Origin: Octopus vulgaris
Lineage: Eukaryota
Assembly: GCA_951406725.2 (NCBI GenBank)
Contig: OX597817.1
Span: 10,168,001 to 10,232,000 of the forward strand
Length of the DNA stretch: 64,000 nucleotides
Direction: 5' to 3'
Shown: piece by piece, positions 53,356 through 64,000 of the stretch
Position numbering within the stretch: position 1 is the first letter of the stretch
How the letters are laid out: the number at the start of each line of letters is the position of its first letter
Position numbers and translations under genes: made by a program
Notes under the pieces: generated by a model
The model's input: only the letters and a program-made list of their open reading frames with translations
Databases searched by the model: none
Told to the model about the DNA's origin: nothing

Positions 53356-56225
53356 CATTACAAAAGCAAAGTATATATCAGCATTAATATATATACAAAC
53401 TGTAGATATATTCATTAATATATACCGAACACACCCATACACACACACACACACACACGCTCTACTATGATTGAAACTTGAAAAATCTTTGTTAACTTGA
53501 TAGAAAAAGAAATCTGCAATACTTTTTATTGATGTACCATCATCCAGTTTCTCATGTAGCAACATAGAGACTACTTTTTAATACAATGACTTGGCTCATT
53601 TCAAGCTTGGAGAAGCTGGTAACATTCTCACCTACGGGTTTTAAGAGATATCCCGTAGTCTAACATCGTTCGAAGTTAATGCGATGTGTTGGCGACATAT
53701 ATGACAATATAACGAGGACTTTATGCTGAAGGATTAACTATTAACTTTTGGTCACTTGCATATGTCATCTATATCTCACTTGAAAGGCTCATATACTGCC
53801 GAAAATGAATTACATTAGGATTCGTAATATCATGCAGTCTTTGTTATCATGGTTATCACGATTACATTTGACAGTTCTCTATGCATTGTACATCCATCTT
53901 ATTCATTGTGACTTCTTATCGCGAAGTTGACGAAAACCTCCAAAATACGTAAGATACTAAAATACCAAATTGAACTTATTAATGCAACATTCATATATTT
54001 GCTTGATACCAGCGCTAAAAATACCCTATCGAGATTGCATCCGTATACTTCTCGTGATCTTACTAATGGAATTACGATGCGATAATAACAATTAGTCTCG
54101 TACCACAACGGCTGCATAGAAAATATCTTTAAGTATTTTGCTCAAGATGTACAAAAGAAGCTTGACATTCCTCTCCTGGATATTTGAATTTAAATTTGTT
54201 TTCAGGATTTTCTTCTTCCTGTTATATTCATATAATGTCAGATAAATGTGTTTAGATTTTTACCCAATTAATTTCACTATCGATACGAATATAATTTACA
54301 TATAGCTGAATATAATTTTTTAGATGTTTGCGTTTTCTAAGCTTACTTCTTTTTTGTTCCGATAGTTATGGATATAAAACAAAATTGTAAGGTCTTTAGC
54401 CTAGTCAAAAGAAATCAATATTGATGTAGTATTTTATACAATTAAACAGGTGTCCTTCATATCTAAATAGAATAAAATAATACTCGTTTCTATTCCTTTA
54501 ATTAAACATCCTTTATTGATTTTTTAGTATAAAATAGGTTATATAATTAGATAATTCATAATCTTATTCATAGTGAAGACCATTAATTAGGAATTTATAT
54601 ACACAAAGACGAAAACAAAGACATCAGATTATTTTTAAAATATCTGTATAAAAAATCAACCTTTTCCATAACAATTAAAACCTGAGAAAATAAAATATTG
54701 AAATTAGTTGGAGGAAAGAAAATGGAACGAACTTGATGCAGAAATATCTCAAAGAAATATAATCTCTTTCTTGTGGGATAAAAACAAATTGCAGACGTTA
54801 AAAATATTAGATTGTGAGTACAAGCAAAACTATGTAATCAAAAATGTGAAACTAAGTTCGATAAGACTACGAAGCTTTGGTAAATAAGCAACTCAGATAA
54901 CTGCTTTAGGGGAGTTCAAACAGATTATTTTACACTTTGTTTTATCGGGCATCCAGTACCACACAGCTGGGAGATGTTTCCTTCAGTACTTCTACGTTCA
55001 TTTAAAAACACGGAAGTATAAAAGTGGATTATACTCTTTACATGGCATCAGCTTACATTCAAGTAAACTCCTTGCTAAACCATCAGAATATTAAGACGTA
55101 ACCGTTTGTATGTACTCTGTTCTTCTGTAGCACGAGGTTTTTGAACAGACCAATGACGAAAAGCATTCTAGCTTTGGTTGCTATTTGTAGCAGGTCGTGT
55201 GACAACGTAGAGGATTTCTTATCGATTTCGTTCTTTATAAATGTTTGCTTCTGTTGAAAAATCTAGCAATATAGACTTTGCATCAGTGAGTACTTCTGTT
55301 TTTTAAGATGGTGACTTTCATGATTCCAATACACTTTTCTATGCATAGTGGTAAAGGAAATGGTTAATTTTTTTCGGCCTCCATTCCAATATCCTGCAGC
55401 CATAATTTTTTAATCATAAGTTGAAAAATCCATCTTCTTTTTAAAAGGCGACAAATAATTACTTCCTTCAGTAGGTAGGATCTCGATAGAAATAACCATG
55501 AGGACTTTGCTCTATATAATTATAATAAAAACCAGAAAATTTAATGAAAACGAAACTACTCGGGAGTGTGGAACGTAAATGAATAAGAAAGCATAAACTT
55601 CATATTATAAAAACTAATATGCGAATATGAATATTATAGTAAGAGGTTATGAATTCTCCAGGTAATTTCTTTTTTAATACATATATATATGTGTGTGTGT
55701 GTCTAATACCTGCTCTGTATGTGGAGAAAATTAATGGCGATTCTTATTTCACGCCTTAATAGAATATTCAAATGGCATTAATATTCAAGTTGTATTAATG
55801 TCCCGCAAAAGTTTATTTTTTGTGTTCATGCGTTTTCGTATGTATGTATAAATATTCACACATACTCATAAATACTTACAGCCTCATACACATACACATC
55901 CTCCATACATTGGCATACATACACACATACATGCATGCATTCATATACATACGTGCATATATATGTATACACTTACACATATATATGTATACACATATAT
56001 ATATAAATACATAATGGGACAGGAACGCAAAACATCCAGACAGGTTATACAAGAAAGGGACAACAAAACATCCAGATAGACGATACAAAGAAAACAAGGA
56101 CGGGTCATTCGGAGTTTTCTATCCTCAGTCGAGTTCCAGATTATCTTTGCAATTTCGGCTGATATATATGTGTGTGTGTATGTATGTATGTATGTTTGTC
56201 TGTATATATATACATATATATATAT

Positions 56226-56278
<53 letters not shown>

Positions 56279-56334
56279 TATGTATGTGTTTAGTATGCAA
56301 GTTTGTACGTATTAATGTCTATGTGTGTATGCCT

Positions 56335-56538
56335 CTGGGTTTGTGTTTCACTTCACCTACACTTGGCAATCGGTGTTGGTTTCTTTATACTCCCTTAACT
56401 TAGTAATTGGGTAAAAATACACCGACAGAATAAGTACAAGGCCTTAAAAGTAAATACTGGGATCGATTTGTTCGACTAAATCTCCCAAGGCAGTGCCCCA
56501 ACATGGCCACAGTCTAATGACTAAAACATGTAAAAAGA
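56335..56538 (+). mobile_element. Old family A SINE 3' half
   Basis: GAATAAGTAC...GATTTGTTCGACTAAA...CATGGCCACAGTC. Confidence 0.7.
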
Positions 56539-57781
56539 CAAAGATATAAATACACACACACATACACATACATATGTATATGTGTGTGTGTACGTACGTA
56601 TCTTAAACTGGTTTGGTTGATAATGAACCTGAATTTTAAAACGTATTGTAGTTTTTAACCTTTGTAACAAATTTATTAAAATGCCAAACCGATTTCGGCA
56701 TTTTTGGCTTTCGTTTACCAATTTTAAATAAAAAAAGTTCATGAGACATAGAATGTACAAGGGAAAATTAGGAACATCCCTAAAACATCAAATTTTCATA
56801 CAAATTCCAATATTTCAATGATTTTCTCGGAGATAGACAGTAATACAAGTTCAAATGTTCGATGAATTCATAACAGTCACTTGTGAAGTTTTCAAAAGAG
56901 TAAAAGAATAGAAAAGAAAGAATGAAAATTTTTTTTCACAATTTCTGTCGCAGTACATGAAGGAGGATCCTTCGACGCTGGTTTTACTAGGGAGAGCTTG
57001 ATCTGCTTAAGCTGAAATTGCTTTGTGTATATAGGTTTTATGGTAACGGCTCAAGTTTTGATTGGTTACAAATGTAATGAAGTCACTTGCTTTTTTTCCG
57101 TCTGTGGTCTCTAGTATATAAAACGAAATAGAATAAACTTACAACAAATGTCTTTCTTTTTCGCTGTCGCATTTCTTTTAACAATTTTTTATATCTACCC
57201 TCTCCACCCTGTCATATTTCTTTATTCTTCAAAGCTATCTTTTCTTTAACTTATTCTCCCTTCGTCAATTCTTTATTACCTTCTGGCGTTTTACTCTTTA
57301 GAAACTTATCGCACATACTTTCTATTTGTTTCTCTATTTACATTGATACAATCAAACAATAAAATAAAATTTTCCATCACTTTTACATCATATTCATGAA
57401 GCAAAGCTTATGTGTTGTAAATTAATTCAGGGTTGTACATAGAAAAATGTTTTACTGCAAATATGGATATTAATAGAAAAGATACATTTTTCTACCAACA
57501 GATGTAGTAAAGAAAGTTTATTCAATATTATTTTCGAAAGGTTTTATGGGAAACAAAACAGACCAATAAAACTTCAGAAAATAATTCAGAAATGGACTGA
57601 TTTTAACAACACCCGTACAACCCGCATGTAAAAAGCGCGAAATACCAGGTATTATGCAAAACGGTAATGACTAAAGTTTATATTGTATAATTTGTGAAAT
57701 ATATACAATTTCACAAGTGCACATGACGATTACCTCTATCATGTACTTGGGTTCAATACGCATTCCATTTCACTTGATACG

Positions 57782-57839
<58 letters not shown>

Positions 57840-58033
57840 GAGGGGTGACATACTCCGAATATGCCTGAGGCATCTGTACGAAAGCCATACACTGTCACCC
57901 CGACCAGATTGCTAGATGCATGCACCTCGGAGTGGCCATTTTCTCTCCAACAACATAGACCAGAAAGGCAAACGCGGTGAACTCACACGAGAGACAGGTC
58001 CCTTTTATGAGGAACTGGTGGCAAGTTTGTGTT

Positions 58034-58138
<105 letters not shown>

Positions 58139-59276
58139 CTATATTTTATGATTAATACCTTCGTTTAAAATTAAGCCTGCCTACTTTCATTGATATTTCC
58201 ATTTTGAAAGGGGTGGAATTCTAAATTGCGTAGAAAAATTAATTTTTACTAAATGTGTGGAAATATAAACTTAAGAAATTATATAAGCAAATAAAGAATT
58301 GGTTTCTGATCACTATTGAGTTTTCGTGATCAATAATTGTCCTCCTATTTCATTTAATTATTGAAAATATTCCTGCTAATTTTAACAACTCTTTTGTTTT
58401 ATTATATAAATTACATTTTCACCTTCTTTAACCCACAGTACTTTTAGTGAATTTCATGACTTAAGTCATTAATTTTGAATAATCACTTGGTCTTTCTAAG
58501 TTAAAAGTAATTTTATATAGACATTTTAGAAATTACATCTGACTGTAATAAGTAACATATGTTTTCGTCAAATCAAATATGTTAAACACTTTTTATCATC
58601 ATCTCCAAATATCGTCCTTCCGCAAAATTTGTTAAAATTTCAGTTCTTCGCAATTCAGATAATGTTATGTGGTGAGAGTTATTTAAAAACAACAGATCGG
58701 ATGTATTTGACAACATTTTACGCAACATGTTTGATGGGTGAATACTGCTTGATCCATTTTATAATAAAACTTTTGATATTATCAATAAATAACAAAGCAA
58801 TTTTCATATTACTAATAATGGTGCACAGAGAACAAACTGTTATAGCTAAAAGTTAGTGGCTCCAAGAAACTATAACTTATAAAATTTATCGCGAGTGAGA
58901 TGAGGAAATTAATATGAAAAAAGCTTTTTACTTGTTTCAAGATGAAAATTAATCATATATGCAAGTAGAATATATTTATTTAGATTTATGTATATGGTCA
59001 GAGTGTGAATGAATTAAAGCAGAGGGAAAAGTACTCGCACTTGTTTTACCCTTCTCTCCGTTTTTAATTCTCCCACACTGTCTTTTTCTCTTTCGCACAC
59101 AATTCTCTGTTTTTGTTGCACAGTGTCACTCACTCTCGAAGATGAAATACGGAGAAAAAAGACTATGATAAATGCTACATTTTTAAGCAAGTGATAAAAG
59201 AAAAAAATTGACAATGATGTAAAAGGAAAAAGTCATGGTTTTCATTACTGAGTTAACCTTTACATGGATCTTTATT

Positions 59277-59321
<45 letters not shown>

Positions 59322-59653
59322 AAGATGATTTTTCTATGTGTGTTTGTGCGTGGAGTGTATTCTGTTGACGTATGCATAGAGTGTGGTTGTGTGTCAGTGT
59401 GCGAGGAGTTGTGAGTGGAATGTAATTTATTGACCTCAATCATTATTTTCTTCTCGCGTTCTCTCTCCGTTAGTGATTCTCTTTATCACCTGCTAAACCC
59501 ACTCAGGGACATAATGTACACGCATTTTCTTTCTTTCGCGCACACACTCTTTTCTTTCCTTACTTTCTTCTTCCCCTCTACAGCTACATATTATAGAGCA
59601 TTTTGATTGGTTTACAGTTAGACACACGTACAAACTGAAAGCAATTTTTAATA

Positions 59654-60600
59654 CAGTCAAACCTCTATTATCCGAAAATAATATTCTGAATTTTAAATTA
59701 TTCTGACAATATTTCAGAGTACCGTGAATATTTGATTAACCATATAGTGTGTAAAACGAACTCAGAAATAATACTGATGCTACCATTTCGACTTTAGTTT
59801 CCAATAATTAAAAATGAAATCGACCTACTGGAAACATCTAAAAACGTCACATCAGAGAGGTATTACCAATATTAGTGCGATGATCGCATCTTCGGTTTAC
59901 TGTTATCAAAAGTACCACGTATTGGTCGGTTTGCTAGTTTGATCTAAGTCAGTCACATTAAATTGTCAAAATAATGTTAACACATAAAAATGATTTATAT
60001 CTGAAGGTTTTAAAAGCATAGCAAAAATCAATGGAGTTTCCATTACATGTCGGAGTACATAAACTACTTTATTGCTGTTACACTAACTTTAAAGAGAAAT
60101 CGAAAGCCTTTGACAGTGGAACAGAAATGCGAAAATTTACAGCACCTGGGTCGTTTCGAATATGCGTTGAGGTTTGCACCAGGGCACAGTGTTATAAAAG
60201 CAATGATGTCCAACATGAAGAAAGCAACACCGGCATTTGAGAAATTTATCAACCAAAATTTCATTTTACATGCATTAAAAAGAAAGCCCTTCAGAATGTG
60301 ATGGAGTAAAGGACTCTGTGGATGGTAAAAGGAAAAATATACCGACACCATTTCCACTCCCCACCAACTAAACTATCAATGCCTTCTAACTTATCATGGT
60401 GTGATATGAAGCACAAGACGAAGTTAATACCTGTAAGCTAATACATGTTTGTCAAATGCAATCACTAGCAAAATCAAAGAAACACCACCAATAAGCAACA
60501 GTGATTAGATATTTTCTTCGCATAGTAATAGCCGAACCCAGTTTCAGGGAATTTTATTTTCATGACCGTAGCGTTTTCGACAGACACCCTAAACTTCCTG
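59654..60600 (+). mobile_element. Internally deleted, decayed pogo/Tigger element
   Basis: TA|CAGTCAAACCTCTATTATCCG pogo-type end; ORF 60047-60301 has KRNRKPLTVEQKCE, the CENP-B/psq-type HTH start of Tigger transposases; right boundary uncertain. Confidence 0.7.
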
Positions 60601-60869
60601 AGCAGTCAGTAAAATGTATTTTTTATAATCATGTTATATTTCAAATACTATATATTTTGTATTTAAACTAATGTGGTTTTATTTGTAAAATATCATGAAA
60701 TTTTAAACAACATCTAGATGTTGTACATATTTTATCGAATGAATTATATAAAAGCTTTACAAATATATACTTTTATGTAATTGCTCTCTTTGTTTACGAT
60801 CAGATTTCATATCTAAATATTCACATCTTCAATCAAATTACTTCCTGCCCGTCTCTTTCTGATAATAAT

Positions 60870-60882
60870 GCACATACATACA

Positions 60883-60914
<32 letters not shown>

Positions 60915-60923
60915 CACACATGC

Positions 60924-61008
<85 letters not shown>

Positions 61009-61070
61009 CATACATACATACATACATACATACATACATACATACATACATACATACATAGAGAGAGGTG

Positions 61071-61152
<82 letters not shown>
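60870..61152. repeat. Compound (TACA)n/(GATA)n microsatellite
   Basis: Read directly. Confidence 0.98.
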
Positions 61153-61848
61153 ATTAGGGTCATTGCGTATGTATACTTCAAATTGCGATAATATCTATAT
61201 CGATTACATTGCTTCTGCTTACAATAAAAAGGCAATATCACTTCATCCTGAAGATCAGAATACAGATGTATAAACATTTTCATGATGGATTTAGAAATTC
61301 TATTGTTCTAAATAAACTACAAAGAACACAAACTGAAAATATCTTGATAAAAAAAGAAGATAAAGCGGGAAGGCAGCCATATTTTTAAAAACATTTCTCG
61401 GAGAGAGGTGATCCGAATAATCTATCTGTTTAGATACCTATCTAGTTATCTATTTTTCTTTCTTTCTTTTCTCTCTCTCTCTCTCCCCCCCTCTCTCTCT
61501 TTCTCTCGTTCGCTCACTCATTCTGTGTCTATATGTTGAAAGAGCCATAAAAAACAAGAGAAAGAGACAGAGAGGTGGGGATCTGTTTTGCACTCCGAAA
61601 AATTTTATCTAAAGTACGGACGCTTTCCAATTTTGTCTTTTTTATCTAGACTTTTTGTTTCATATTTTCGAATGTGTTCTTTGTAGATTTCTAGAACAGC
61701 AAAATTTCTTAATCCATCTTCAGAATAAATATACATCTTTATTCTGATCCTTGGAATGAAGTGACGTTGTCCCTCTATTACAGAAATTATATTCATTGAA
61801 AATTGGTTTCTGATAAGAAACACATACAAACTTACCACAAGTTTTTTA

Positions 61849-62118
61849 CACTGTCGACCTCTGCCATCTGAATTTCGGATTTTTCCAACAATACGTCAAA
61901 GTACCGTGAATATTTAATTTACTATATACTATGTAAAAACGAGCTCGGAAACAATGCGGGTGTCACCATTTCATCTTTAATTTCCAATAATGAAAAAGAA
62001 AATCAAACAACTGGAAAAAAAATTATTTAGACATCAGAGAGGTATTACCACTTGTGCGACGATCTTGTCTTTAGTTTAATGTTTTCAAAATACCACATGT
62101 CAGGTTGTTAGCTAGTTT
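61849..62118 (+). mobile_element. Second diverged copy of the pogo left end
   Basis: Aligns with 59654-59940 (AGTACCGTGAATATTT, ACATCAGAGAGGTATTACCA). Confidence 0.75.
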
Positions 62119-62738
62119 ATTGTATATCTACATCTGTGTACGCGTGTGTGTGTGTGTGTGTATGTTACACTGTACTTACGTATGTACGCATATATATATA
62201 TATATATGTACATATACAAATATTTATACAGTTTTATCAATAAAATTTATGAAAGTTGTATTTTATCACCCGTTGAAACCGTGGTCATCCCATAAGACTG
62301 TTTTCGGTTAATATTTTGCGCATTATGGCTTTAATCCTACATTTTATATAAGCTGTGTAGATGGCAAAAATTAATTTAGTTATTACATTCTGCATATTCC
62401 GTATTCAAAACAGATCCACTTCGAGTATAAACATATATTTATGTATGTATGTATGTATGTATGTATGTATGTATGTATGTATGTATGTATGCATGTATGT
62501 ATGTATGCATGTATGTATTATATATATATATAACTGTGAAACATTACCTCATTGCCTCCTCAAATAGGCACTATTGTTCAAGGTACTATTGTTCAAGATG
62601 TAGATTAACAACTTATTCATCTAATTAACTGTCAGTTCTTAATTGGGAGTTAAATGTTTTAAGCGCTATGTATGTATGTATGTATGTATGTATGTATGTA
62701 TGTATGTATGTATGTATGTATGTATGTATGTATGTATG

Positions 62739-62772
<34 letters not shown>

Positions 62773-62830
62773 TGTATGTATGCATGTATGTATGTATGCA
62801 TGTATGTATTATATATATATATATATATAT

Positions 62831-63301
62831 AACTGTGAAACATTACCTCATTGCCTCCTCAAATAGGCACTATTGTTCAAGGTACAGTTGTCTAGAGAAA
62901 AAAATTACTGTACAAAGCTAGCATTGCGGATTTGAACGGAACATCGAAAAACCTACATTGGAATGACGGGAAACACCTTCAAAGAAAGATATACGCGTCA
63001 TTTGGCTTCGTTCAGATATAAAGGCAATATGGTATGGACGCTTAAAGAGAGCAGCGTGAGTAACCTCCTTATAAACTGGAACATTTAGTTAAGGCCAGCA
63101 AGTGCAGGAGACGGACAGAAAATGTGAGCTCTGCATTATTAACATCAACAGTTAACATTTTAACATTACCATAACATCAACAGTTAACATTTTAAACCTA
63201 GGCAGGAAACCTTCTTTCCCTGCATGCACAGACAACGATTCATACTTCGAAATTTCAAACATGACCCTGCACCTACCTTGCCACTCATCCAACCGAGATA
63301 A
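62831..63301 (+). mobile_element. Penelope-like element GIY-YIG endonuclease domain, pseudogenised
   Basis: Across frameshifts reads NCETLPHCLLK..CLEKK/LYKASI..SKTYIGMTGNTFKERYTRHLASFR..VWTLK..INWNI..KCELCI..ILN/RQETFFPCMHRQRFILRNFK, a PLE endonuclease motif order; stops present. Confidence 0.85.
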
Positions 63302-63619
63302 GTTTTTCTCTGGACATCAGTTATATGCATAAAAGATACATGCCCCCATAAACTTAAGCTGATTTCCCTTAGTACAGAGATATAGGTGTATTACACATAT
63401 TCATGACATCACCCGGTTCACAGAATACATATATACACAAACTTAGGAATTCACGACCCCATGAATTTACAATACCATGGACCAAGTTTGGTGTCAAAAT
63501 ATGTGATACTCTGCAATTATGTGCAGATATGTGCACATAATCAGACACGAACAATTATGTGCACATACCCAGAACACTTCATTTTACGTTGTTCCAATCT
63601 ACTCAGCTTGTAAAAATCA

Positions 63620-63700
63620 GTAATCCTGCGATGGGCCGGCGTCCCGTCCAGGAAGGAATATGTATACGCCAGAGAAACCGGGAAAGTGGCCCTAGGCTCC
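63620..63700 (+). mobile_element. SINE tail fragment (family C type 1 / CORE-like)
   Basis: CCTGCGATGGGCCGGCGTCCCGTCCAGG...GAAACCGGGAAA. Confidence 0.65.
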
Positions 63701-64000
63701 TTACGGAACAATGGGGAATAACCATACCTGAAACGCGAAAAATTCATAATGCAGGTATGCGTGTCTGTCTGTCTGTGCTTATCAGCCAGTGTGTATGTGT
63801 GTGTGTTTGTCTGCCAGTGTGTGTGTGTGTGTGCTTGCACATATTCTGTATGAATGTATGTGCATTTGCATACACTTGTGTATTCACATTTATATTTTTA
63901 AATTTGGACGCTGGATGGGCTTATGCAATGGAGACAACAATCAGGATTTTCTTATACGTTGTCTCCTATGTATATTTATGTATATTCATGTATATTCATT

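Noticed and set aside
53480-55500. Protein-like stretches, possibly decayed DNA transposase
   Set aside because: Frequent stops in all frames; no motif I can assign with confidence

Overview
AT-rich, very microsatellite-dense eukaryotic non-coding DNA. The SINE families and repeat content look like an octopus (coleoid cephalopod) genome; this is inferred from recognition, not from a database search. No intact protein-coding gene is supported, and nearly all supplied ORFs are translations of microsatellites or SINEs. The window is a mosaic of three tRNA-head SINE families (called A, B, C here), mariner and hAT MITEs, two non-autonomous Helitrons, decayed pogo/Tigger and RTE elements, and a Dong/R4 LINE 3' end in (TAA)n. 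A CpG- and trinucleotide-rich block at about 15.8-17.9 kb ends in a perfect splice donor and may be a non-coding first exon. The most notable hidden signal is a dispersed Penelope-like retroelement (PLE) system sitting beside (TA)n tracts. It comprises GIY-YIG endonuclease fragments (62831-63301, 7775-7844), a possible RT fragment, tail-to-tail inverted repeats, one apparently intact type I hammerhead ribozyme (24546-24628) and five degenerate hammerhead motifs. Also notable are an ~800 bp chimeric insertion flanked by an exact 122 bp duplication, a 37 bp stem hairpin, and a pseudoknot-forming GC-rich island.
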